DNA of 64,000 nt from Eledone cirrhosa (Eukaryota). Shown here one piece after another: positions 34,661 through 47,002 of the stretch. The stretch spans positions 39,928,001 through 39,992,000 of the forward strand of contig OZ024740.1 in assembly GCA_964016885.1 (NCBI GenBank). The letters are read 5' to 3'. How positions within the stretch are numbered: the stretch's first letter is position 1; every line of letters starts with the position of its first letter. Below the pieces are notes generated by a model. The model was not told where the DNA came from. It saw nothing but the letters and a program-made list of their open reading frames with translations, and made no database searches. The position numbers and the translations under genes were made by a program.

Positions 34661-34924
34661 AACTATATGCTTTTTTATAATGACTAAAGGAAGAACAACA
34701 AAAATACAATATTTAAAATGCAGATAAGAATGGTTTGAATTCTAGAATTCAGATTGTTTTGGTTTTTAATCCCATTTAATGTTATTAAAACATTGGTTTA
34801 TCTTATAAATTATTTAATTTCACAATGAACATTCTTTATGTCACAAAAGCCTCATTTATTCAAAAGCATATCTCACTAAACTACAGCAAGAAATAGTGGA
34901 GAGAAAATATTTCAAAACCTTTAC

Positions 34925-35003
34925 CTGAGTTTTGAATTTAACCAGAACCATGTACTGATTAGGGGTTGAATCTCTAATAATCCGCATACTTTCTACTCCA
35001 GCA
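34925..35003 (-). CDS. BRAP: BRAP coding exon 5 (S)AGVESMRIIRDSTPNQYMVLVKFKTQ, BRAP2 domain
   Basis: Acceptor ttctag and donor gtaa; matches the human BRAP segment IEQMKIIRDSTPNQYMVLIKFRAQ as recalled; phase 2 in, phase 0 out. Confidence 0.95.
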
Positions 35004-35117
35004 CTAGAATTAAACGGGAAAAATATTTATCCAAAACTATTTGAACTACATCGAAACCATGGCTCTTCCAAAACAAAATTTCATGAACACCTAACTCATA
35101 TATAACAATCACTAGCT

Positions 35118-35652
35118 GTGCTAAAAACTCACAATTTATCACTCATTGCTCATGCTAAAACTCACAATTTATCACTCATTATTCATGCTAAAACTCACAA
35201 TTTATCACTCATTATTCATGCTAAAACTCACAACTTATCACTCATTACTCATGCTAAAACTCACAACTTATCACTCATTGCTCATGCTAAAATTCACAAC
35301 TTATCACACCATTACTCATGCTAAAACTCACAACTTATCACTCATTGCTCATGCTAAAACTCACAACTTATCACTCATTATTCATGCTAAAACTCACAAT
35401 TTATCACTCATTATTCATGCTAAAACTCACAACTTATCACTCATTACACATGCTAAAACTCACAACTTATCACTCATTGCTCATGCTAAAATTCACAACT
35501 TATCACTTACTGCTCACGCTAAAACTCACAACATATAATAATCACTCACTAATCATGCTAAAACTTACAACTTATATATCACTCATCATTCAAGCTAAAA
35601 CTCACAACTTATATATCACTCATTACTCATGCTAAAACTTCAAACTTATATA
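35118..35652. repeat. 30/33-bp minisatellite (CATGCTAAAACTCACAACTTATCACTCATT(ATT/GCT)), ~16 copies
   Basis: Directly visible tandem units; explains the spurious HAKTHNLSLI and MLKLTTYHSL ORFs. Confidence 0.95.
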
Positions 35653-35654
35653 TC

Positions 35655-36058
35655 AGTGCTGGTGCCATGATAAAATGCACCCAGTTCACTCTCTTCAGTG
35701 GCAGTGCTGATGCACCCAGTTACACTCTGTAAAGTGGTAATGCTGTTGTCATGATAAAATACACCCAGCAGACTCTGTAAAATGGTAGTGCAGGTGACAT
35801 GATAAAATGTACCCAGTAGACTCTGTAAAGAGGAAGTGCTGATGCCATAATAAAATACACCCAGTACAGTCTGTAAGGTGGTTGGCATTAGGAAGGGCAT
35901 CAAGTTGTAGAAACCATGCCAAAAATGGATCATACAGAACATAGGAGCAAGCTGTCCTCTCTGACCCCTCTAGTCTCAGATAATAATAATAACCTATTCA
36001 ACCCATACCAGCATGGAAAACATGGAAAATAATGGTAATGATGATGATGATGATGATG
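35655..36058 (+). mobile_element. Retroposon 3' tail with internally tandem-amplified CACCCAGTACACTCTGTAAAGTGGT units, ending in (GAT)n
   Basis: Shares the CTGTAA.GTGGTTGG..TTAGGAAGGGCATC motif and (GAT)n tail with the RTE/SINE 3' ends in this window. Confidence 0.6.
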
Positions 36059-36321
36059 GGTAGCCGGTGATGTTTGTTTATATCCTACATCTCAGCAGTT
36101 TCACTTGTGAAGATCAGTGGAATAAGAAACTCATTTGAAAAAAAAATAATGTAAGGTTTATCATCAGGAAGGGGCCTCCAGCCATAGAAAACTGCCTCAA
36201 AGACTAACGTAAACCAGGCCAACATGGAAAAACAATCATAAAAATGATGAATGTGATGATGAATATATTGATAAACAGAACGTGATGATGAATATATTGA
36301 TAAACAGAACAGTCTACATAC

Positions 36322-36432
36322 CTGACAGAAGCAGTAAATCGTAAAAGATCATGTATTGTATAGCTTGCTGACACACCAAGCATACAAATCATTTCACTGC
36401 GTGGAAGATCTTCCTTCAATAATACCATTTGA
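36322..36432 (-). CDS. BRAP: BRAP coding exon 4 (N)QMVLLKEDLPRSEMICMLGVSASYTIHDLLRFTASV(S)
   Basis: Acceptor atttccag and donor gtatgt; similar to human NKMTSLKEDVRRSAMLCILTVPAAMTSHDLMKFVAP; 111 nt, phase 2/2. Confidence 0.95.
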
Positions 36433-36679
36433 CTGGAAATTCACAATTATATTTAAATTATAAAGCAGCAAAAATATTAGAATATAACTCACAAAATAGC
36501 ACAATTATTAACAATACTTAATTAATTTTCAATTAACGCTTAACATCCTGTAATGATTTAGCAGAAAATATCTAAAAACTAATTTGTTGATTTAAATCTT
36601 TATAGTATCTTTCTTTACTAGTGAACCAGATCTTGATGAAAATTTGCAGTAAATTAATGTAAAGACTTTAATTTTTAAT

Positions 36680-37025
36680 GGAGGCACATGGCTTAGTGGT
36701 TAGAGCATTGGCCTTGCAATCGAAAGGTTGTGAGTTCAATTCTCAGACCGGGTGATGTGTTGTTTCCTTGAGCAAGACACTTTATTTCACAATGCTCCAG
36801 TTTACTCAGCTGTAGAAATGAGATGATAGGGACTGGGGTCTATATCATTCCACTGCAAAGTGGTCGTGGAGGTGCCACGGCAAAAAAGCACCCAGCACTC
36901 ACTGTAAATGAGGTTGGTGTTAGGAAGGGCATCCAGCTGTAGAAATCAAGCCAGAATCAGTTCCCGTCCCACTCTTGCAAGCAGGGAAAAGCGGACATAA
37001 AATGATGATGATGATGATGATGATG
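36680..37025 (+). mobile_element. tRNA-derived CORE-like SINE with RTE-type 3' tail
   Basis: Box A TGGCTTAGTGG, box B GAGTTCAATTC, CORE-like TCCTTGAGCAAGACACTT, tail TTGCAAGCAGGGAAAAGCGGAC.TAAAA(TGA)n; near-identical inverted copy at 62,223-62,569. Confidence 0.85.
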
Positions 37026-37599
37026 TAATTATAGAGCTGTTTTGTACTTTTCAAGAATGTCTTACTAATGTAATTTTATGTGGTTCAGGATGCTAAAAGT
37101 TAAGAAATATGGAAGACTAGAATTCTTGAAGTTTGCAGTCGATATAAAAACATATATAAAAACAGCCTCTTGAAATAAATTGGATGCCATTTTTCAAGAT
37201 TCCTTTCTGCCCATATCTTTCTCAAAATGGTGTTCTTTTGAGAGAGAAAACTTGTTTTAATTGAATGTTGTTATTTCTGTTTACAGAGGTGCAGGTCTTT
37301 CCTGTTTCCAGCCATATTGCAGTGTTTTTGGTGGTCTTATTTATGCCAGTTACCAGACCTGTGAAGACAAGGCTTTTTTTAGAGGTGGCCTTTTCTCGCC
37401 TCGGCGTAACTACATCACTGGGTTGTAAGAGTTTTCTTGGAGGCTAACAGTGTCACCCATTGTTCCATTTCCCCTAATAGTTTACCAGCTAGATCAATTG
37501 GTTGAATCTGGCAGGATCCGCTGGAAAGCGTGCTCGAGGACTCTGTCCTCACAAATAAGCAGAAGATGAGGTGCAGTTTGAAACTGGAAATTGAATGGT

Positions 37600-38050
37600 A
37601 GCACTGGTGTCATGACAAAAACACCCAGTACACCTGGTAAGGTTTTTTTGTTTTTGCTGGTGCCATGACAAAAACACCTAGTCCACCCTTTAAGACGGTG
37701 GTGCTGGTGCTGTGACAAAATCACCCAGTCTACTCGGTAAGGTTATAGTGTTGAAGTCACAATAAAAGGTTCCCAGTACACACTGTAAAGTGGTTGGTAT
37801 TAAGAAGGGCATACAATCATAGTGACAATGTTCCCAGTACAAGCTGTACAGTGGTTGGTGTAGGAAGGGCATCCAACCATAGAAAGAATGTTCCCAATGC
37901 ACATTATAAAGTGATTGATGTTAGGAAGGATATCTAGCTGTAAAAAACAAGCCAAAAATGGAATGTATGAGCAAGATGTGGCCACCTGACTAGTCTAGCC
38001 TCAAAACATGACAACCTGTCTAACCTATGCAAGAATGGAAAATAGATATT
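37600..38050 (+). mobile_element. Decayed retroposon 3' region with tandem CCCAGTACACACTGTAAAGTGGTTGG..TTAGGAAGGGCAT units
   Basis: Four to six degenerate copies of the shared RTE/SINE tail motif. Confidence 0.55.
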
Positions 38051-38066
38051 AAACAGTGATAATAAT

Positions 38067-38243
38067 TGTTTCTACTTTAGGCACAAGGCCAGCAATTACT
38101 CAGTGCATTACTGGTACTTTATTTTATCGACCCCGTAAGGATGAAAGGCAAAGTCAACCTCGGCGGGATTTGAACTCAGATCGTAAAGGGACGTAACTAT
38201 GCTGGAAAGCATGGCGTCCGACCCTCTACCGATACTGCCAATC
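38067..38243 (-). mobile_element. tRNA-derived Nin/Deu-like SINE with 13-bp target-site duplication
   Basis: CAGTGATAATAAT direct repeats at 38,054-38,066 and 38,244-38,256; minus strand reads GAGTTCAAATCCCGCCGAGGTTGACTTTGCCTTTCATCCTTACGGGGTCGATAAAATAAAGTACCAGT. Confidence 0.85.
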
Positions 38244-38347
38244 CAGTGATAATAATGATTATTATTAATATCAATACAATTATTTTTTTTGTTGACAGTC
38301 AAATATAGTCATGATAAAAGAAATTCAAATATATCTTTACAACTTAC

Positions 38348-38660
38348 TTATCTTTATATATATGTAAAATTCCTTTAGTCACTTCAACCATTGGGTTTCC
38401 AGAGAAAAAGTGAATAGAGGAATTGCTGTTGTGACCCTTTTGTCTCGTATAATGCATACTTTCTCCTCCACTACTACATGAAGGATCCCAAGAATTAGAA
38501 GCTACTTCTTCGCAACTACTTCTCTCACAATGTTCTCCATCATTACCAGCAACTTTCTTTCCATAACTTATCACATTAGCTTCTTGGGTCTTTTTGGAGT
38601 TTTTGAAATGTGACGTATCAGAGGTTTTCTTTGACAAATCATATTCTGTTTTAGAATTTC
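38348..38660 (-). CDS. BRAP: BRAP coding exon 3 (G)NSKTEYDL...SIHFFSGNPMVEVTKGILHIYKD(N)
   Basis: Acceptor tttcacag and donor gtaagt; the C-terminal motif FFSGNP.VE...GI.H.YK is characteristic of BRAP/ETP1; 313 nt, phase 1/2. Confidence 0.95.
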
Positions 38661-38839
38661 CTGTGAAATATTGAAAAGACAGCAAATGTCATTGAGATAA
38701 TCATATAGTTTAAATGAAAATGAAATATTTAAAACAAACATCAACATTTTCTAGTTATTAGCTACATATCAAAATTGAACATAATAAATCAACATAATAG
38801 ATGTATATATACCAATGAATACAATTCATCTAGACTAAA

Positions 38840-40073
38840 GTCTAAGACTAAAGTTCTAGTTTGTAGGAAGGAAAATAGGGCACTGGTCCCATCTGGGAAA
38901 TGGCCATGCTCAGTGTGTAGGGAAGGAGTAGGCAGAAACTTCATTTTATGTCTCAAATGCAAAGTATGGGTGCATAAAAGATGTAGTGGGATCACAGGTA
39001 AGCTAACTAAGAATACAGATTTTATATGTGGCCGGTGCTCTGGTGCAATAAGTAGCAACAAGTGCCCACAGAATACTAGCTCATTCCATTGCACAGATAG
39101 TTCTATAGAAATAGTGGTACCTTCCGTTACCTGGGTGACAAAATCAGCAGTGAAGGAGGGTGCTCTGAAAGTACAGTAGCCAGAGTCAGAACGGAATGGA
39201 AAAAGTTCAGAGAGCTTATACCACTATTGGCCGCTAAAGGTTTCTCTCTAAAAATGAAAGGCAGGCTGTATGATGCCTGCATACAAACAGCAATGTTACA
39301 TGGCAGTGAGACTTGGGCATTGTGTGCAGAGGATATACGCAGACTGGAGAGGAACGAAGCTTGCATGCTCCGTTGGATGTGTAATAGTAATATACGTGAA
39401 CGGCAAAGCATAAATGAACTAAGGGAGAAATTAGAAATAAGAGGGATCAGATGTTGTTTACTCGAGAGAAGACTACGTTGGTACGGTCACGTGATGCGCA
39501 TGAAAGACGACAGCTGTATAAAAAAGTGCAGGGCGATAAAAATAGACGGTAGCCACGGAGTAGGCAGACCCAGAAAAACCTGGGACGACTTGATAAATTC
39601 CGACCTCACACACTTACACCTCTCCAAGACAATGTCACTGGACCGAGATCTTTGGCACTTCACAGTAATACAGAAGTCCCGCCTTGCCTAAGTACAAAGC
39701 GAAACCTACAGTCAGTAGGCACCTCTTAACAAAAGTACACCCCCATCTCACCACCCCCACCACATTCACACCACCCCTTTCGATGTAAAGTTATGTTGGT
39801 ACTACAACATCCAGCCCGAAACAAATGAGGATGTGTAGGTGTCACGACAAAAAAACACACAGTCCACACCGTAATGTGACCGTGTAGGTAACACGGTAAA
39901 AACCTCCCAGTCCACACTGTAAATGTGGTTGGTGTTAGGAAGGGCATCCAGCCCTAGAAAACCCGCCAGACAGTTCTATACGAGCAAGACAACCAATCTT
40001 GCTTCAAGTGGGAAAATTCCCGTCCAAACCCATGCAAGCGTGGAAGATGGACGTTAAACGATGATGATGATGA
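38840..40073 (+). mobile_element. 5'-truncated RTE-clade LINE (family B): PHD-like finger, RT thumb/C-terminus, long 3'UTR, (GAT)n tail
   Basis: GKWPCSVC...CLKC..WVHKRC...CGRC, MLHGSETW, RRLRWYGHVMR, GRPRKTW; frameshifted; closely similar to 60,765-62,054. Confidence 0.92.
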
Positions 40074-40189
40074 ATGTCCTTATTAAGACATTAGGGTGTG
40101 GATTGAGCTGCTATTTCTAGCAGAGTGAGTGACCATATGATCTTGTAAGGATTTAAACACAAAACATAAAGAGCCAGAACAAATACTGT

Positions 40190-40325
40190 CTGGTGATAGT
40201 GGAGGTGATGATGATGATAATAATGATAATGGTAGTGTCGTTGATGGTGATGTTGATGATGGTGGTAGTAGTGGAGATGGCGATGGTGATAATGATAATG
40301 GTGGTAGCAGTGACGATGATGATTA
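40190..40325. repeat. Degenerate (GAT/GGT/AAT)n trinucleotide microsatellite
   Basis: Visible low-complexity run; source of the poly-His and poly-Met ORFs. Confidence 0.85.
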
Positions 40326-40350
40326 TAATAAAAAAAAGTGTCATGGTTAC

Positions 40351-40527
40351 CTTCACTGCCATAAGTTTCAATAGAAATTTCCCCATCAACTCTACAGCCA
40401 CGAGTTTTATCAATTATCTCTTTAGCAGAAGCAGCTAATTCATGTTTGGTACCAATTGATAAAGCAGCAGCAAAGGAAATATGACTTTTACTCCCTTCTT
40501 TTTCTACAGGCATTTTGTATGATGGTG
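40351..40527 (-). CDS. BRAP: BRAP coding exon 2 (A)PSYKMPVEKEGSKSHISFAAALSIGTKHELAASAKEIIDKTRGCRVDGEISIETYGSE(G)
   Basis: Acceptor ttattttag and donor gtaacc; GCRVDGEISIETY resembles human GRREMTDVIIETM; 177 nt, phase 1/1 fits exons 1 and 3. Confidence 0.88.
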
Positions 40528-40779
40528 CTAAAATAAAAACAAAAACTTATAACAATAAATTTGCATCATTGTGAAGTGTATAAAACAAGTATTATTGTTT
40601 GTTTTGTTTTTCTATATTTTTTAACGTTCAATAATTATATGATAGGAATTAGGATCCTATCCTTAAAGCACCTGAGAACTTCCTCTGAGATGTAAGCTTG
40701 TAGGAGCCCAGCTAAACCTCCATATGTGTGAACTGTAGTAACATGATACAAATTAGGATCCCATCATTAAAGCACCTGA

Positions 40780-42545
40780 GATGTAATTTCATATGCAGGA
40801 GTACATAGTGAACAAAGCAAGGTAATACTTCAGTCTCTCACCTGAGCCAGATTTCACCAACATATGGAGAGTACACTATAAACAAAGGCTGTACTCTGAC
40901 CCAGATTTCACTGAGATATGTAGAAGTACAAAGGTTGACTGAAAAGGTCATAGGCTAACCAAGATACTCTCATGGAATATGACCAAATGAGGTTTATTTT
41001 TCAACATAGTCTCCTTTGAGGTTCACACACTTCTTCCAGTTGCAGTGTTTGGATCCCATTGGTGAAGAAACTTCCATCCTATTGGTCAAAAAAGTCATCA
41101 ACAACAGATATGATGCCATCATCACTGTCATACTTGTTCCCAGCTAAGTGTTTTCTCATGTTGGAGAACAGATGATAGTCAGATGGGGACAAATCAGGAG
41201 AATAGTGAGCGTGATCTACCAGTTCAAAGCCAGTCATGTACAGCAGCCATTGAAACCAAGGAATTATATTGTCTTGAAGAAACAAGACCCCTTTCATTAG
41301 TTTTCCTGGGTGCTTGCTCTTGATAGCATTTCATAACTGCCTCAACAAGCTGACATAGTACTCTCCATTTATGGTGTAGCCCTTTTGAAGATAGTCAACA
41401 AACACAATGCCTTTTGCATCCCAAAAAACTGAGGCCATCACCCTCTCTGCAGATGAAACGACCTTGGCCTTCTTTCGAACAGGTTAGGGATGTTTCCACT
41501 GCATGGATTGTCTCTTTGTCTTTGTCTCAAAGTAATGAACCCAATACTCATCCTAGATTAGAAAACATTCAAGGAAGCCAGCTGGATCTGCCTCAAATAA
41601 TGTCAGATTTTCCCGTGATGTGAGTTGCCTGGTGCACTTTTAATCAGGTGTCAGAATATGTGGCATCTACTGAGCAGAAACCTTCGTTATGCCAAATTCA
41701 TTGTGCAGAATATTCTCAACTCTCTCACAGGATATACTAATAGCATTCACTATTTGATGTATAGTCAATCACCTGTTATCCATCACCATGTGGTGAACAT
41801 GATGAATGTTTTCCTCAATGGTGGCAGTTGCAGGACGTTCAGATCTTGGGTCATCTTCAAGACTATCCCTTCCCCTCCTGTTGATAAAGCTGGAGTGTCA
41901 TCCCCTCATATAGCAACTATGTCAGCATAAATGTCGGAGGGGGGGGGGGGGGGGGTAAAGCCTTTTTCTGCAGGTACTTCATAACACCACAATGCCAAAT
42001 GTTGTCCATTTTCAAGAGAAGTCACTACTAGTTACTTTTAAAGTATAACAGTCAGATGTTAGTTTACATGGAAAGAAACAGTGCAGTTATTAATAAGAGT
42101 TGAAATTAAGGCATGCAAGATTTCACAGCTCTAGCATCACACCTTCATAGTCAGTCTATGAATTTTTCAGCCCACCCTCGTACACTGTAAACAAAAGTTG
42201 TACACTGACCCAGATGTCACCAAAATATGAAGGAGTACAATGTAAACAAAGGTTGTACTGTGGTCTGGATGTCACTGAGATATGTAAGAGTAGACTGTAA
42301 ACAAAGACTGTACTCTAATCCAGATGTCAATGAGATATATAGGAGTACACTGTAAACAAAGGGTTGTACTCTGATCCAGATATTACTGATATATATATAT
42401 ATAGAAGTGCACTATAAACAAAGATTTATACTCTGGTCTAGATGTCACTGAGGTATGTAGGGAGTATACTGTAAACAAACGTTGTACTCTAGTCCAGCGT
42501 TCACTCATATATGTAGGAGTACACTGTAAACAAAAGTTGTACACA
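40780..42545. repeat. ~59-bp minisatellite (CACTGAGATATGTAGGAGTACACTGTAAACAAAGGTTGTACTCTGACCCAGATGT) split by the mariner insertion
   Basis: About 2.5 units left of 40,927 and ~6 units right of 42,182. Confidence 0.85.
40927..42182 (-). mobile_element. Decayed full-length mariner (Tc1/mariner, D,D34D) DNA transposon
   Basis: Imperfect ~30-bp TIRs (TACAAAGGTTGACTGAAAAGGTCATAGGCT vs TACGAGGGTGGGCTGAAAAATTCATAGACT), TA ends, ~1.25 kb; minus-strand peptide LFLQDN...HYSPDLSPSDYHLFSNMRKHL. Confidence 0.92.
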
Positions 42546-42552
42546 TAAAACA

Positions 42553-43920
42553 GATTCCATCAGTTTCAAAGGAGGCTTCCTAGAAGTTGTCGACAGATTT
42601 TGTTACCTAAGTGACCTAATCAGCTGTCAGGAAGGTGGGGGCTTTCTGAAAGTGTGATAGCCATGGTAAGAACAGGCTGGAAGAAGTTTAGGGAGTTGGT
42701 TCTTCTGCTGACAACAAAAGGCTTCTCTCTCAAAGTGAAGGGTAGACCATATGAGGCCTGCATGTGAAATGCAATGCTACATGGCAATAAGATATGGCCA
42801 TTGACCTCAAAAGCCCAGTGATGGCTAGAAAGAAATGAAGCAAGTATATTCCGATGGGTGTGTAATGTTAGTGTTCATGAACGGCACAGCATGGATGAAC
42901 TGAGAGAAAAACTTGACATCAGAGGAATTGGCTGTAGTGTGCAAAAGAGAAGACTGAGCTGGTATGGACATGGGATGTGTATGGAAAATGACAGGTGTAT
43001 AAAGAAATGCAGAAAAATTTCAATGGATGGGACTTGGGGATGAAGCAGACCCAAGAAGATATGGGATGAGGTAATGAGAAGCAACCTTACAACAGAGGTG
43101 ACAAAGAACCACAAAGACTGGCAACATGTTAATATTGGAGAAGACCCACCTACAAGCATAACATGTGACCAAATCTGACTTATCCTACTAACCTAAAACT
43201 TGACATAACCCATCCACATGCTCCCCCACTATCACTCCTTAGTAGCTATCCTTACTATCACTGCACCTCCACCCCTTTCATTCCCCCCACAAACCACTAC
43301 TCCCACAACCAATGTAGATACTCTCAGGATCACAGTACATACCCCTACTCTCTCCAGAATCACCTCTATTCCTCCTAACATCCACACTCGATCCAGGGTC
43401 ACCACTCACCTTAAAACCTAGACACACCAGTCACAGCCGCTTAGCAGCTGTTACCACAACAATGCTCTCTCACACTGCTGGATGTCACCCCTCCCTTCAC
43501 ACATGACACATGCCCATGACATAAACCCCACCTCCATCCATAGAGTAGAAAGGACTCTTCAGTTGAATCAATAACCAACAACCTCTCAAGCGCTGATGCA
43601 CTGAGCATACCCTGTAAGGTGGTTGGCGATAGGATAGGCAACTCACAGTAGAAACCAAGCCAAAGGGGGCATAACAGCCTTCCTAGTGTTTAGTGTTAGT
43701 GATATATACAATAAACACAAACAGTATATTCTATAAAATGGTTGGTGATAGAAAGGGCCATAAAAAACTTGCCAAACAAGGGGTTGGAAGGAACCTTTAG
43801 TTGTGATTAGCGAACCCAGTACACTGTGTAAAGTGGTTGGTGATAAAAAGGGCATCCAGCTGTAGAAAACATGTCAAACGATGTATATCCAACCCTTGCC
43901 AGCAGGGAAAACCGACATCA
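42553..43920 (+). mobile_element. Old 5'-truncated RTE LINE fragment (family C) with 3'UTR
   Basis: Degenerate RTGWKKFREL, KGFSLKVKGR, RRLSWYGH motifs with many stops; 3'UTR resembles 50,790-51,215. Confidence 0.8.
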
Positions 43921-44121
43921 AATTTCCGTTAGTATTTCTTCTTTTATATAATTCAGAAGCAGTTATACTAAAGTTAATATAAATATTTTAAGAGATTTTT
44001 CTTAGAGCACACCCAGTGATAAGATTTGGAAACCATTGAATTAAATATATATATACATATATACAACCTCTCAAGTGCTGATGCACTGAGTACATATTAT
44101 TACTCTGTGTGGATTTCATAA

Positions 44122-46999
44122 AGATAGGTGTCAATGATGATGGGTTAGGTGGGGTGGGCATATTACTGGCTGAGAGATGGATCAATAAGACAATAGAGGT
44201 AGTTAGAGTTAGTAATAGAATAATTAAGCTTAGGTTAGTTGTAGGCAAGAGACTACTGACAATCATCTCTGCCTATGCTCCCCAGGCAGGCCTAGGTAAA
44301 GAAGAGAAAGACTGCTTTTACGAGCAACTTTTACAGACAGCCTCAATGACAGAGGACAGAGACATCGTTATGCTAGCAGGGGACTTCAATGGACAGCTCC
44401 AGGATGGATACACTGGGGTACATGGTGGGCACGGTTACGGCTCAAGAAATGAAGAAGGAGTGAGGCTTCTTGAATTTTGTGATGTAAATGCACTAACCAT
44501 TTGCAACTGTAACTTCCAGAAGCCTACCAACCACCTAATAACCTACAAATCAGGTGAGCACTTAAGCCAGATTGACTTCCTGCTAGTTAGACAGCGAGAC
44601 AGATGGATGGTGTCAAATACTAAGGCATACCCTGGGGAAGAATGTACCCCACAGCATAGGTTAATCTTTAGTGACATCTCAGTAAGCAAGAGAAAGAATG
44701 AGACATAGAGGAAGGTGCGGAAAAGAAAAGTCTGGAAGCTAAAAGACCTTTCATTAAAATATAAATTTAGCAAGCCCTTCAAGATGTGTACGACGGAAAA
44801 GAAGACGATTTAGAGTTGTATGACATAGAAGATAACTGGAATTTCTTGCATGACAACTTACTGCAGACTACTGAAGAAACTTGTGGCTGGGGCAGAGCTT
44901 CAACCAGACAGAGAGTGACCTGGTGGTGGAACAGCACGGTAAATAAGGCCATTAGAGACAAAAGACTGGCATGGAAAGCTTGGAAAAATGGTGGGAGTAG
45001 AGACGGATACACAGCTGCTAAGAGAGAAGCTAGACGTCAGGTGTACTTAGCAGGCAGGGAGACTGAGAGTAGGAGGTTTGCCAATGTTCTGCGACGGGAA
45101 GATCAGAGACGTGCGGTGTTCCGCATTACAAGGCAGTGTATCAGTGCAAATCAGGATGTTGTTGGAGATAAGTGTATCTGGAATGATGCCGGTGTACTTA
45201 GTGTCACGAATGATCAAAAAAAGGAGGCCTGGAAATGTCATTATGAGAGACTGATGAATGTAGAGAACGAATGGGACAGGGAGGAATTACACCCAGTAGA
45301 CCCGACAGAGGGACCAGCTATTGAGATTGACAAATATAGGGTACAAGAGGCAATTAAGGAAATGAAGAATGGTAAGGCTGCTGGACCGTTGGGGGTAGTT
45401 GCTGAGATGCTGAAGGCATCAGGAGAAGTAGGCACTAAACTAGTTGGACGTATCATTAATCAAGCTATATATGGTGGTGTCATACCCAAAGATTGGTGCA
45501 GCAGTATTCTCATAAATTGCTACAAAGGTAAAGGGGATGCACTAGAGAGAAGCAATTATAGGGACATAAAGCTGATGGATCAGGTTATGAAAGTGGCAGA
45601 GAGAATATTAGCGCAACTGATTAGAGAAAGGGTCAAATTAGATGAGATGCAGTTGGGTTTTGTGCCTGGGAAAAGTACAACAGATGCTCTCTTCTTAGTG
45701 AGGCAACTACAAGAGAGGTTCTTAGAGAAGAATAAGCCACTATACTTAGCTTTTGTTGACCTAGAGAAGGCCTTTGATAGGGTACCCTGATCTGTCATCT
45801 GGTAATCCCTAAGGAAACTAGGTGTAGAGGAATGGCTTGTGAGGACAGTGCAAGCTATATACAGGGGTGCTGTCAGTAAAGTGAGAATAAGAATGGAGTT
45901 TAGTGAGGAATTCCAGATACAAGTAGCTGTACATCGGGGTTCGGTCCTCAGCCTGCTCTTGTTCAGTATAGTCCTCCAAGCCATAACAGAGGAGTTTAAG
46001 ACTCGATGACCATGGGAATTTCTCTATGCTGATGATCTGGTTCTTATAGCAGAATCAGTAGAGGAGCTAGAGAATAAATTCTGGCTATGGAAACAGCAGT
46101 TAGAATCAAGAGGTCTGAGAGTGAACATAGCTAAAACAAAAGTGTTGATAAGTAGAAGAGAGGACAATACTCTGATTCCATCAGGGAAATGGCCATATTC
46201 GATATGTAGGAAAGGAACTAGCATAAATTCTATAAAATGTACGCAATGCATATCTTGGGTACACAAGAGATGTAGTGGAATAGCAGGCAAACTAACAGGT
46301 AGGGAAAACAACGTATGCAGTAGATGTACAGGGAAAGTTGGCAGTAGTAATCGCAGTGATAGACTCATTTTTCCAATGCAGGTGGGTTCTATAGAAGTGG
46401 TTGATAGCTTCCGGTACCTAAGTGATCAGATCAGCATGGGAGGAGTGTGTTCCGAAGCCATAGTATCTAGAATAATGACAGGTTGGAAGAAGTTTAGAGA
46501 GCTGCTTCCTCTGTTGACAAAGAAGGGTTTCTCCCTGCGTACAAAAGGACAGTTATATGATGCCTGTGTGAGATGCGCGATGCTGCATGGTAGTGAGACA
46601 TGTGCAGCAACTGCAGAAGATATGCGACGGCTGGAGAGAAATGAAGCAAGTATGCTCCGTTGGATGTGCAATGTCAATGTGTGTGACCAAGCATAGACGA
46701 GTTGAGAAAGAAACTGGGTATAAGAGGGATAAGTTGTGGTGTGCAGGAGAGAAGGCTGAGATGGTATGAACATGTGATGTGCATGGAGGATGACCGCTGG
46801 GTAAAGAAGTACCAAGAAATCCCAGTAGAGGAAGACACGAAAAACATGGGCGGAGGTGGTGAGAGCAGACCTCAGATCACTGAAACTCACCGAGGAGATG
46901 ACGAAGGACCGTGACAAGTGGAGAGATGCTGTGCTGAATAGGACCCGTCCAACCCTTGCAAGCAGGGAAAAGCGGATGTAAAATGATGATGATGATGAT
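44122..46999 (+). mobile_element. RTE-clade LINE (family A), slightly 5'-truncated, disrupted ORF (APE endonuclease, RT, PHD finger, C-terminus), (GAT)n tail
   Basis: SAYAPQ, GDFN, SQIDFLL, QHRL (APE); AFVDLEKAFDRVP and LYADDL (RT); several stops and frameshifts. Confidence 0.96.
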
Positions 47000-47002
47000 A
47001 TA

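Noticed and set aside
35118-35635. Repetitive ORFs (HAKTHNLSLI / MLKLTTYHSL)
   Set aside because: Translations of a 30/33-bp intronic minisatellite, antisense to BRAP, with no splice or homology support
36680-36760. tRNA gene
   Set aside because: The A/B boxes belong to a SINE head continuing into a CORE-like body and LINE tail; no complete cloverleaf
40091-40350. His-rich C-terminal extension of ORF 40,091-40,513
   Set aside because: Read-through past the exon 2 donor into a trinucleotide microsatellite
41937-41955. Poly-G tract as a functional G-quadruplex
   Set aside because: Simple homopolymer expansion inside a dead mariner; nothing supports a function
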